Source: Camelus dromedarius (lineage: Eukaryota). From it: a stretch of 64,000 bases of DNA. Under the pieces are notes generated by a model. The model was not told the origin of the DNA and did no database searches. It saw only the letters and a program-made list of their open reading frames with translations. The translations under genes and the position numbers were made by a program. Where the stretch lies: positions 6,138,001 through 6,202,000 of the forward strand of contig NC_087441.1 in the NCBI RefSeq assembly GCF_036321535.1. Direction: 5' to 3'. Positions 24,201 to 36,116 of this stretch are shown in pieces (positions within the stretch are counted from its first letter, which is position 1; the number at the start of each line of letters is the position of its first letter).

Positions 24201-25782
24201 TGACAGGAGCATGAAGGTAGATGATGCTGGGCACTGTGAGGACACAATGTGGTCCAAGCAGATGGCTACGGCTTCAAAAGATGACTTACTGTCATGTGCG
24301 TGGACCCTGAGTAAAGAATTTGGAAGAAATCAGAGCACACTGCCACCGCTGACACCTGTCCTCACGCAGTCTTCACCTGCCCTCCTTGCCACCTCCAGCC
24401 CTCCACCAATTTTTTCCTGCCTCCCTACACTGCTGAATTCCATATGCATGTCCTGCATTTCTAGGTTTATTTTTAAATTCCATCTTCACACTAAGTTTGT
24501 ATCCATCCATTTCCCACATTGATACCCCTCTGCGGTGTTAAATATCTTGACCCTCTTACAACTCTTCCCTTCCAACTGTCTGCTGTCTCTATCCTTGTTT
24601 ATTATAGTTTATTGCAACCACCAGGTGTTTCAGGTAATTAGCTAGTCTTCTGTTGAAGATGTTTATATTTGAGCTATCACTGACATCAATCCTCTTAGTA
24701 TATCTTAGAAGAATGTTAGAATACAAATTTTGAAGATAGGCTGATTTTAAATTCTGTTTCTTATTTTACCTGTCATTAAATAAGTCAAATCAGTTTTCCT
24801 CAAGTTTGAGGGATGCAAAGGACCACTTGTAAGGGAAAAAAGTCATCCTTGAAAACTTCTAAGGTTGAATGAAATTATTTTAAATGGTATTTCTTAAATA
24901 TGTCTAGATATACATTTAGAAACTATTTATGGTTATACAACTAGAAGACCCAAATAAAAATTTATAAATTAAAGATAAAAGAAAGCACAAGGCCAAAAGT
25001 ATCCAAATTAACTCTACGCACTTAATATGGTGGATTTTCTTATGGAAACGGAATCAGTGCTTGGGGCACCAACAGGGCCCTGGGTGGTCGGCACAGGTTC
25101 TTCTGATCTCAGCCTGCCCACGACCCTTGCTGGAGGAGCCTCAATCCTGCCAGCGCTCCTCCTGTGCGATTCCTCTCACATACTTGGCACCAGACCACGG
25201 GACCCTCGCTTGTTGGGAATTCTCTCTGCTGCACTCCTTTCCGCAGTAATTTCACAAAACCAGAATATGACTTCTTGCTCCCCAGGAGACCTATACTCAA
25301 GGACTGACAGGAGGCTGAATTTCCACTGCGGCTTTTGGTTGAACTGCAGCCAACCAAGTGACCCAGAATATTCCTTTACTAATTCTTGAGACCAGAATAG
25401 CAGCTCAGAAGTGAACAGCTTCTCAGAAAAGAACCTCAGGCTGCACGTCTTCTCCGCCTCCAGCTGGAGAAACGCAGCTCAGATGTCTCTTCTAACGTCG
25501 GATCTCCCGTTCCTTCTTTGTAGATTGGACGTAACTGTGGCGATTGATTTACTAGGTTTTCCACCAAAACGTCCACGTCCGCATTTTCATTTATTTTCTT
25601 GGACTGTTGCCGGGTGGTGACATCACCTGTTTACATTTTGTTTATATTTTTAAAATTGTTTGTATTACCTTAGTGAAAGTTTATGGACCACCTTCTGAGA
25701 GTATAGAATACAGTAACATCAAAGACTAGAATATCGAATATAATAGCAAAGACCAAATCTATGTTCCAGCATTTTACAGGAC

Positions 25783-26030
25783 CATAGAATGTCAGAATTG
25801 GAAATAACCCAAGTTAAATTCATCTCTAAAATATTCTGCATAAATATAGTCATTTGGCCTCTATCTGAAAACCTCCAGTTACTGGCTTAGAAAGCAGTGT
25901 ATTCCATTTTTAAATTAGAAATGTGTTCATATTGAACCCAAGTGTATCTGCTGTAATTTCACTTGTGGGTTACAATCCTATCTTCTAGAATAACACACAC
26001 ATCTCATCTCTCTTGTAAAGGATAATTCCT
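25783..26030 (-). mobile_element. L3/CR1 3' fragment
   Basis: CATAGAATGTCAGAATTGGAA...GGCCTCTATCTGAAAACCTCCAGT...TATTCCATTTT...TTAGAAATGTGTTCATATTGAACC...CTGTAATTTCAC. Confidence 0.6.
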
Positions 26031-27127
26031 ATACCCTGTAAGGACACTTCCCTCCCTCCTCAGCCCGCCCTCACACAGGCACATGTCCTCCACTCTTTTC
26101 ACCTTCTTACATCACAGCGCGGAGAAACGGCTCAGACGTAGTTTGGGCACATTTTCATACAGCCTGGTTTCCTTAATAGAAATGTCAACAGATTGTGTCA
26201 TCCATAGATTTGATCCCAAATAAACAGTTATCAATTTCGTTTCCGGAGTTTATATTATAAATAACTGCAAATTAATACTGTGGAATAACTCTCTGTAAAA
26301 GATAAGGATGGAACCCATTTTAAATGGTATTAGTATGCGCCGGCAGATACATAGACGTATAGAGAGAGATACATGTGTATACTTATGTATATATGTATAT
26401 GTATATTTATGAGTACAATTTATTTACTTAATTTTTTTTTACAACTGAAGAAAGAAAATGTGAAAGCTTGAATATGCTCCCACTGTCTGTGTAGGACCAG
26501 AAGAAGACCGCCATGGCCCTCTTCCCATGTCCTTTCCATGACAGACCCTTTCCCAACTGAAATGCAGCATCTTTAGGGTTTTGACAAAGCCTCCTGGAAG
26601 AACCAGGCAAGGCTCTCAACCAGAGCTGAATCCCATGAAGACAGGGTGTCCAGCTGTCCTGTCTTCTTTTTTCACTGTCAATGTGCTGAAGCCCAGCCTG
26701 GGGGGAGAGGAAACAGGATGTGATAAATAAGTAAAATGAACCTATGCATGCCAGCTCCTCCTCTCCGGCGCCACAAAATCCTAGCTCTATCGTCGGGATA
26801 AGTAATGTGCTAGGCAGAAGTGACATGGGAGCCTAAGACCCCACAAAGCCCAGGTCACAGTCTCTGCGGGTGCAGGGAACGGGGGAGCGAAAACGCCTGG
26901 CCAGGGTCACGTGTAGCTCCTTTTGCAAGAGTCACAGTGGAGTCAGGCGGGAGCAGAGCGCCCTCAGGGGTTGGCTGTCTTGTAGTTGGTTAGACAGTGT
27001 TTGGCGGGGAAGCCCGGTGTCCTCCCCACCAGCAACACAGGTCGTTGGACGTCATACCTGCCCGCGAGGACACATTACCGCACAGAATGGGAATAACACG
27101 TTGATGATTAATTCTTCTTCCCAACAG

Positions 27128-27189
27128 CTGGCTGCCCCAACTCCTTGATTAAAGAGCTCCATCACTTCAGGATTCTTGGAGAAGAGCAG
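27128..27189 (+). CDS. PRKN: Parkin RBR E3 ubiquitin ligase, coding exon 8 (62 bp, phase 1 to 0; end of RING1)
   Basis: Acceptor ttcttcttcccaacAG at 27126-27127 and donor CAG|GTGAGT at 27190. Translates (A)[20 protein letters not shown], identical to human parkin ~291-311 as recalled, including C293 and the phospho-ubiquitin-binding H302/R305. Too short to appear in the ORF track. Confidence 0.97.
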
Positions 27190-28656
27190 GTGAGTCAGCC
27201 CCTCAAATGCTGCACCGGAGTGTCAGGAAAGATAGACACTAATGAGACAGTCTGGGCTCTCTCCGGGGAGGCAGAGTGTGTCTCCTGACCCTTGGCGCCT
27301 GAAATGGGGAAGAGATTCATGCAGGAAACACATGTGAGGACACTCTTCCTCTTCTATCCATCAGAGCTGACAGGTTATTAATTGGTACATCTGCTATCTG
27401 CCAGAGCATTTCATCTCAGGACGCGGCAGTCAGCAGGTACAACGTAGTGGCAGATACGCAAACAAGTAAGTGCCCAAACAAATGAATCGTGCACAAGGGA
27501 GCAACTGTCACAGGCAGCCCTGACTTGATGTCTGGGGGTGGATGTGCAAGCTTTTTCACCAGAATTTCATACTTTGTGTGTGTCATCTATATTTCACGCA
27601 GCCGCTTTTGCCATGGATGTAAACATGGGATTTATATACGAAGGATGGCCCATTTAAAGTAGATTATTTAAATACTGTGTTGTGCTCAGTGAGACGTGTC
27701 AGATTTTAAATACACGTGCTAAGTAAATAATTCAGGGTGCTAAGCATTATCTGTATGTATATGCATACGTATATACACACTCACTTTTGACTGCTTAAAA
27801 ATAAACCTCTTAACCCTTATATGGAATTAAAGACTCCATATTATTAGGTTAAATCTTGATGTCAAGTTAGCCTTGAAATACTTATACCACATAGTTGTCC
27901 ACATGCTTTATACTCTTTTACTGATTTTTGCTCCCAAGGATAATCTTTGCCCGCACCGACCAGAGAACATGCAAAAGGGGATGTGGTGGCTTGGTTTTGT
28001 CAATGGGCTTTTGGTTTCTTTTTCTTTGGTACGTATATGTTGCAAAGTTGGACCACTCATTTCCAATATGAGATTTCAAAAGGGGGGTTAATTAGGGGAA
28101 AATGATAAGCTGGAATTATTTCCAACTCCTTGAATGAACAGGTTACGTTTTGCCTCATTCATATTTTTATACTGTAAATTTCCAGAATAGCAGGCATGGA
28201 TGTTTATTCAAATACAAGCAAAATCAATTATCCTCCTTTGCAGGTAAGAGTTGATCACGGACCCCAAACATACCGATTTATGAGAACACCTGAATCTCAC
28301 AGCTATTTTCCTGTGAAAGCCTGAGAGATTTCTTAAAGCAAGAATCACTGATTGTTACCCAGAGATTTCTGCTCAGATAATGGAGCCTTCTCTTCTAACC
28401 TGTACCAATATTTGCAAATTGTTTCCATATTTGTTTTAGATTCATTGGGTGATTAGTAGGGAAAGAAGCCAACTCTAATCATCTCCTTAGATTTGCATAA
28501 CATTCAAGCCACCTTGCATGTTCCTAGAAATTTAATCAAGCCATAATCAGAATTGATCTTACTCTGATCAGCTATGCTACGTGGCCACACAGTGCATCAC
28601 AGCACTACTGATCTTTATTTCCTGGAAAACCACAGTGCCCACCTTCCTTCTTTCCT

Positions 28657-30480
28657 TTCACTCAACAGACACCTACTGAACACCTGCTCACATGCTAGAC
28701 ACCATTCGCGGTTACAGGGAGAGAGGAGGGAAAAAGAACTCCTTCTCGGCTCACATTCCAGTTGGGGAATGCTATACTGTTATATGCACACACATGTGTT
28801 CAGTATGCATTATGTTAGATGGTTATCATTGCCATGGGGAAAAATAAAACCGAAAAGAAGGATAGTGAATGCCGGGGAAAAGTGTGATTTGCCATAAGGT
28901 GGTCAGGAAAGGTCTCACCGAGGCAGGCGCTAGGTGCATGAGGACCTGAAAGGTGTGGGGGAAAGCATCTTGGTGACATCTGGGAAGAGATTCCCAGGTA
29001 GAGAGTAAAATGAGTGCAGGAATTCTGAAGTGACCATAGCTAATGCTTTTTTATGTAAAAATATTATGAAATACAGGATGTGGTTGGAATAAAGTGGGAA
29101 GAAACCTGGGAGCGTGGAAACAGGAAGCCAGAGAAAAAGCATCTCTAGGAAGAGGACTGATTGTCGGTGCTACGTGCTGATCTGGCAGGACGAGGGTGGG
29201 AGTTGAGCACCAGCACTCGAAACTTGGAGGTCACTGATGACCTTGACCAGTGGATGAGTGAGGGTGAAAATCTGCCTGTCTGGGAGTCACTGAAGAGGGG
29301 GGAAGAATGGGAGAGAGCAAATATAAATCCCTTTTTTTAGGAATTCAGCTATAAATGAAAATAAAGAAATGAGGTAGCTGGGGGTGGCAAATGTGAGATC
29401 AAGAAAATTTTTTTCATAGGAAAAAAAAATACACCATGTTTATGTGCTCCTGGGACTGATTCTGCAGAGAAACAGGGAGATTTGAGGATGCAGAGGAGGG
29501 GAGAAGTTCAGGAGCGATGTCCTTGACTCAACAACTGCCAGAGTGTAGGTGTGGCCCGAGTGGAGGGTGTGGGCAGCTCAGTGTGGTAGCAGTGGGGAAG
29601 GAAGGAGGTGGACGATGAGAGGAGAGAGGGATGGCGGAAAGGTGGTAGAATCCATTACTACAGGGCCCAGTGGGTTCAAGGAATTTTTGGAGTTTGGGTT
29701 TTATAAGGGTTTGGCTGGAAGAGTAGATGTTGGCCAAAGAATGAGATACTTGGCATTGAGATTGTGGAGATGGTGCTGTGATCGGCAATGGTCCTGCAGA
29801 GGACCAGGAACGTTGGTGGCTAAGCTAAGGTAGCAGACAAGGTGACTGGAGAAGTTGGGGTCATGGACTTAAATAACCAGCGTGTTGGGAATATGGCCCA
29901 TGTGGACACTGACGTCCTCCATAATGATCACCAGAGCAGACTTGGAGAAAGTTATGGTGAGTCAAGAATGGAAGCTTCTAGAAACAGATCAGGGAAGGGA
30001 AAGGGAGGGAGACTGAGGGAGGTGGGCATCAGAAGCTGACTACAAAGGAGAAATAGCACACAGCAGAGCCTGAGAGCTTGAAAATCAAAGCTGGAGGATT
30101 TAGAAGGAGAAAGGAAAGCTGTTCTACTTGGGGTGTGTTGAAGATCAATGCTCGGTGATGTGAAGAGTGCAGTGGAGAAAACATTTGAGGGAGCTGAAGG
30201 GGAAGTCGTGTCCTGAAGCATAAGCCAAGTTCAGAGAGGGAAAAATGTGAGCAAAACATGGAGAGAGTAAGTAGATCAAAGTACTGCAATTACTGCTGGC
30301 TGATCGGGGTCCCCCCCAGCTCAGGGGCAGAAGTTGAGGCAGCTGAGGGCAGGGTAGGGAAAGAGATGAATAAAGCTGGGTGTGGGGTTGGGGAACAGGC
30401 CAAAGAACTGACAAAGGAGCCAGGGATCTTGGTGACTGATACAAACAGGACACATCAGTCAGGGACCTTTCTATCCTGAT
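28657..30480 (-). mobile_element. Long L2 fragment
   Basis: TTCACTCAACAGACACCTACTGAACACCTGCT...GGTGGTCAGGAAAGGTCTCACCGAGG...TTGGAGGTCACTGATGACCTTGACCAG...GAAGGAAGGAGGTGGACGATGAGAGG. Confidence 0.7.
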
Positions 30481-30664
30481 GACACAGGACAAAAGCTAGT
30501 GGCCCCAGGGTCTGGAAAGGAAGCTAAGCATTCCAGCCCCACCTCTCCTCCAGTGGAGGGGGTCGGGGCGAGGCATCCCCCGGAGCTGGTGAAACTCTCA
30601 GGCTCTCTCTGGATGCTTGAGGTGACATATTACTTGATGCAATGAAACTTTAATATTGTGTGTT

Positions 30665-30790
30665 ACAAGTGCCCTTGGACAAATCATTTTAGTCTCTCTC
30701 TAACTTGGCTTTTCCATCTGTAGAAAAGGAAGAATAATGCTCAGTCATCTTTTAGAATTTTTGTAGATAAACAAGGTTACAAAGTAAATT
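30665..30790 (+). mobile_element. MIR SINE fragment
   Basis: GTGCCCTTGGACAAATCATTTTAGTCTCTC...TTTTCCATCTGTAGAAAAGGAAGAATAATG. Confidence 0.65.
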
Positions 30791-31440
30791 GCAAATATTG
30801 AGTACTACACTAAAATGTTTCTGATTTAAATGCCATTTACACTCCATCAATAGATTGAACTTGTAGCAACAAAGTAGACACCAAAATCTATGTAATGTTC
30901 ACTTAAAAGTGAGTTGCTAAAACCCATACAGATACTAGTTAATTGCTGGATTCATTCCTGGGTGATGGCGATGCTTCCCAGCTGTCTGGTTTCTTTAAAT
31001 GTGATGCCTTTCCATTTTCACTGAACTTTAATAGGCACTTGATTTTTGAGGTCTGGATTAAAAGTAAATCATTAAACACTATAAATCATTACCTTCCTAA
31101 AATTAAAAATGCAATTAAAACTCCTTGGAATTTAAAATAATACATTTACTTTAGCTTCTTGGCCCTGTCTCTGATTTGTGTTTACAATTCACATTCACAA
31201 AGGACATTTCATACCCTCATCCCCATCCCACCAGGTCCAAACTACTTGGAAAAGATATTATCCCATTCTAAGTGAGCAAGGCTACTCCCAGGTTCTAAGT
31301 GAGCCCTGGAGAAAACAAGTATGATATGTGAAAGTCCCCAGGGCTTAGAGAGCCCGCAGGAGAACTGCACTTCAGAAGACCTCCACTTATACCAGCTTCC
31401 TCCACTTTGGGTTTAATTACTAGAATTTTAAGAAAATAAC

Positions 31441-33096
31441 TTTCATTCATTCAATGAACAATTTTTACTCTGTGCTACTGTTGGATAAAACAGTAAACAA
31501 GGAAGTCACAGGTACACATCATGATAAATACTAAGATATAACCTACTCTCGATAAAGAGTCAGGGACCTCTGAAACATGGAAGTTGAGAGGGCACCCTCC
31601 ACTGAGTGAGCAGGATCACGGGAGTGAAGTGGAAGGGTGTCCAAGCAGAGGAAAGCACATGTTCAGTGGCCCCAAAGGAGGTGAAGACCTTGCTTTGTTC
31701 AAGACACTAAATAAAAGCAATGTGGCTGGGAAATAACGAGCAGGAGGGATGGTGATGAAAGATAAAAACCAACTAGACCATGTAGGCCATGGTCAAAAGT
31801 TTAGATTTTATTCTGAATTCAATGGGAACATCTTAAAAATTTAAAGCAAGGGGCTGGCATTATCCAAATTGCATTTTAAGAATGTTAGTCTTGTTGCAAT
31901 ATGGACATTGTCTGGATTAAGATGATTGGCAAAGGAAACAGAAAGAAGTGAATATTCAGAGGCAGAATTAAAGTCTTGGTGGTTTACTGGCTGTGAGCCA
32001 GGGAAATGAAGGAGTCCTCCAGGTCTATGTTAAGAACTTGAGATGGTTAAGATGGTAGGAAGGTGAGAATGAAAGCATGGAATTAGGGGTTCAAGTCTGA
32101 ACTTGTTTGATATGCCTGAAGCATTGAGAAAAAGACAAGTTGGAATTTGGATGTGTGAGTTGGAGCTGAGAGGAGATGGAGGTCAGGAGTCAGAGACAGA
32201 TAAATTTGTAGTCACTGGCATGTAGGTGATAATTTAAATCCAGGGCAGTTACCAAAAGATATTTTAAAAAGGACCCTAAAGAGCACCAGCATTTGGAAAC
32301 TTGGTACACAAGTGGCAACCAGAGGAGGAGACCAAGAAGGAGCCTTAAGTAAAGGAGAAGAAAATCCAGAGATGTGCTATGTTGACAGAGCCAAGAAAAG
32401 AAGTGTTTCCTAGAGGAAGAAATGGATATTTATATTAATGCTAATGAGAAACTGAGTAAGATGAGATGAGTCAGTTGTCCTTTGCAAAGGGCAACACTGA
32501 GATCATGAGTGACCATAACAAGCAAATTTGGTGGCAAGTTGGAGACAAGAGCCGTATATTTACGGGATGAAGAGTCAATAGGAGAGATCAATTTCATCCA
32601 GAAGTTTTGTTATAAAAAGGAAAAAAGAAATGCAGCAGCAGCAGAAGGGTTCTTTAAAGACTGAGGGGGCTGGAGCCTGATTTATGCTCACTGGAAGGAC
32701 CCAGGAGAGATGGATGGCTTGGTGATTCAGGAGATAGATGAGCTAACGGAAGAAGGGAAGTACTTTACAAAGTGAGAAGGGTTTTGATCCAGGGCACAGG
32801 CAGAGGAACTGATCCTTAACAGGGAGAAAGCCACTTTCTTTGTTGTAAGGAGACTGAAAGGAACAGGTGGGCGCAGGTGCAGGTGTGTTTGCAGTGGTAG
32901 TGGTGGGAAGGGAAAAGGTGGTGTCTGATGGCTCCATGATGGCAGACATATTTTTCACTGCTGCACCTTCTCCACATAAAGTGCTTGACACATAGAAGAT
33001 GCTTAGTAAATATTTGCCCAATAAATAAGTACATCTTTCATGACTTCTGTCTTCTTAGTGAAATATGAAGGAAGATGTCCAGGTGAAGAGAAGAAG
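31441..33096 (-). mobile_element. Long L2 fragment (L2c-like), interrupted at its right end by an LTR
   Basis: TTTCATTCATTCAATGAACAATTTT start, GGAAAGCACATGTTCAGTGGCCCC...TTTAGATTTTATTCTGAATTCAATGGGAAC...GAGCCAAGAAAAGAAGTGTTTC. Confidence 0.7.
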
Positions 33097-33635
33097 TGTT
33101 AGGGAACTCAGGCTCAGCTGCTCACCGCTCCAATGCCAATACTCAAGGGGCCAGTGTTGGTAGAAAGGAAAGGTTGTTTAGTCAGAAGACCAGCAATCTG
33201 GGAAGAAGGTGGACTCGTGTCCCCCAAACCAACTCTGAAGAGTCTGCTCAGCCATGACAGTTATTGAAGGGAATGGGAGAAGAAATTTCAGTTAATGGCT
33301 GAGGCAGAAGTTCAGGTTGTGTCATTTTCCATTGTGTGCAATCTGGCTGATGACTCATGGTCTTTCTTCAGATGTCTCCTCTGCATCATCTGCCTGCAAC
33401 ATGGCTAAGGAAGTTGCTGGGAGTAGAGAGACAGTCATTCTCAACTACTTAATTCTTCATTCCTACTTCTTTTAATATAGGAAAGGAATTAATGGGTTAG
33501 GCAAGATGTTGTGTGCATTTAGTAGAGCTTAAGTCAGGAGGTAGGTTAAATGTTACCTAGTGAGCTCATTTTTATAATTAATGTCTGAGGAAAGCAGTGA
33601 TGAACAAACAGAAAAGGGCAGAAGAGATGCTTACA
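33097..33635 (-). mobile_element. Solo ERV1-type LTR
   Basis: TGTTAGGGAACTCAGGCTCAGCTGCTCACCGCTCCAATGCCAATACTC...GTTGGTAGAAAGGAAAGGTTG...GGGAAGAAGGTGGACTCGTGTCCC is typical of a reversed laurasiatherian ERV1 LTR. Ends ...TGCTTACA with 4-bp GAAG/GATG flanks, or at 33620 with a perfect GAAG TSD. Confidence 0.75.
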
Positions 33636-36058
33636 GATGATGGTGGGATGTGAGCAGTTTGGGAAGAAAGAAGAGCATGTAACACAATCATGAAGAGGAG
33701 AGCAGCTCCACAGCGCCTCTCGGGGAAGTTCCATTTCTCTGAGGATGGGGATCTTAGATTTGGAGACTTAACAGCACTGCTCAAAACCATTTCTCAGGGA
33801 CTATAATCAAGGTAAAATAATTTGTGCCCACAGACAGCCTTGCCCTCTGCGGAGTGCCCCATCAGGAGACTGTGCTCAGCAGTCCTGCTTGCAGAGCTTC
33901 CAGAATTCTCTGAAGTCACGCCCTCGGTAGAAACTCCTGCAAAGGAGCTCGTCTGTGGGTATCTACTTCCATAGCCGTGGGCACTGCACAGCCCGCAGCG
34001 TGGAGAAGGCACAGACGAGCCGATTGGTTTTGACATCCTTTCAGGAAGATTCCACAGCCACTAGAAGTTGAGATATATTTGGCATCATGTCTGAAACATC
34101 TGAAAAAGAAAAAAACCTTTGAAATCGTAATCCAGGATTCAGTCTGTTGCTCTAATTAAATTTCAGGTGTTGTTTGATCTGTTTTCCCCTTACATTTAAT
34201 TTCAGCCGTCTTAATGACGGTTTTTGCTACACAATGAACAAGGTCCAGCCCTTTCTCTAGCCAGTTTACTTCAGCAGTCAATGACGGACGTCCAGGGATG
34301 AAAAGAACACTATTAATAACAAAACTGAAAATCCAAATGGTGGCGTGACAGGCACCCCCACAGAGGCTGTTAACAACCCCCGGGGGCTGACTACCTGCCA
34401 CTGAAGAAAAAAAAGATCAAGGCTCCTGAAAATGTAAGGAGTGGTTTTTCCTTCATTCGAATACATACAGAAAATAAGGCGTTCTCTACATAGCAAGGGG
34501 AAATGGATTCATCGTAAATCCATGTTCCTCTATAAAGGTATTTTAGATTTTTTTTAATCCTAGGAGGTGCTATAATAAACTGTTTTTCATTAGTTTCTAA
34601 ATGATGACCAAAAAAATAGTGAGCTGAATTTTGTTTTTTAATAAAGGGGGTAAAAAAGAAAGGGAAAAACGTGGAAGCAGCTTGGTGCAGGGAAAGGGTG
34701 GTCTTCTAGAACCACAGCCCTGGATTCCGACAAGGGGTGTGGGGTTCCTGTCTGGGTGAACCTCGGTGAAGGCATGAACGTCTTTGTGACTCTGTGGCCT
34801 CACCTGTCACTTCTCAGGGTAAATGGAGAGTGAACTGTGCAGGCCAAGCGCGGGCACAGTCCTTGACACCGAGCGGGGACTCAGGGGGCGGTGTCTCTGA
34901 GCCAGACTTCTCTCCTCCAGGGCCAGGTTAGGACACCGGGCCCGGGCGGGAGCCCGCAGGGGCTGGTGGCTAAGACTTCACAGAAGCCAGAATTCAGCAG
35001 GGAAAAGCAAGGCAGCCTGAGTAGGGGCTGCTTTTGTAGCTGTACCTGAGTGCCCCCAAAAGGATTCTCTGGAAAATTCCACCGCAGAACAAAAACAGCT
35101 CCTTCCCTGCTCAGAGGACTTGAAAGGCTGGCATGCGGCCCCTGGATTGCTGACAAGCTATGACTCATTTTGACAGAACGTTTGCCAGTTTTCCCAGATT
35201 TTCGTTTCACCTAGTATCCCTGGGCTTCAAATTTCTTGCAGTTTTAAAATTTAGCTTCTTTCTTGCTGTCTTTTCTTATGAAAGCAAACGAATTAAACAT
35301 CACGAGGAGCCCTCCTCCAGAAGACAGGCCTTTTGAGTGGTTTTCCAGGGTGTGGGGTATTTAGGCCCAGTTCCTCCCAGCCTGACCTCTCGGGTGGCCA
35401 CCTGCACTGAGCAGGTGGCCGGCAAGAAAGGGGAAACTAACTGGCCCACAGGGGACTTGAACCTGTGACCCTTGCTTCGTTAGAGAACATTCTTCTACCC
35501 AGCCCACCTCTTCCAACCGCCAACAGACCACGGAAGTGCAGCCTCTATTCGATTATATTCTCCCATGACTCATTATTTAGACTCTTAAAATATGAGTTTA
35601 CTGAAACTTCTGTGAATTTTATACTTTAAAATGAATATTTCCTGTTCTTAAGAGAATCCATGAGCATACACATAAAGACTGAATAATTTATTCCCAAATA
35701 AATAAAATATAAACCATACCAATGAGTCAAGATTTTGCCTAGATGGGTCATCTAATGGAGTGTATTTTCCCTATAATCTGAAGCAGCAGAGGAGGAACTG
35801 CTTTTCCCCCTCAGGTGCAGAATAGTATGCTTGGTTAGTATTAATATTAATTTTTCAAAACTTTTGCAAATAGCATCCTGCCAGCTCTAAATTGCTTTAG
35901 TTGATTATCCACTTTATGAAAGTAAATCTGAAATTTGCAAACTGGTTTTGTTAATAGCTTACACAGCATAAGCTGGCAAATAAGTATTAATGCATCTACA
36001 CATAACACAAGCACACGCATAGACACCCACTGTGGTTCCAATGCATAGGTGGTTTTTG

Positions 36059-36116
36059 GAGAATTCGCTGCTATTTTGAGAATTCGCTGCTTTTTTGAGA
36101 ATTCGCTGCTTTTGAG
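36059..36116. repeat. 19-bp minisatellite x3 (GAGAATTCGCTGCTWTTTT)
   Basis: Units start at 36059, 36078 and 36097; the third has a shorter T-run. Confidence 0.95.

Noticed and set aside
36059-36116. CRISPR-like array or cloning-linker artefact (repeated EcoRI sites; GAATTC also in the 46315 duplication)
   Set aside because: The repeats are directly adjacent with no spacers, in a mammalian intron with no cas genes and no vector or adaptor sequence. GAATTC in two duplications is compatible with chance.
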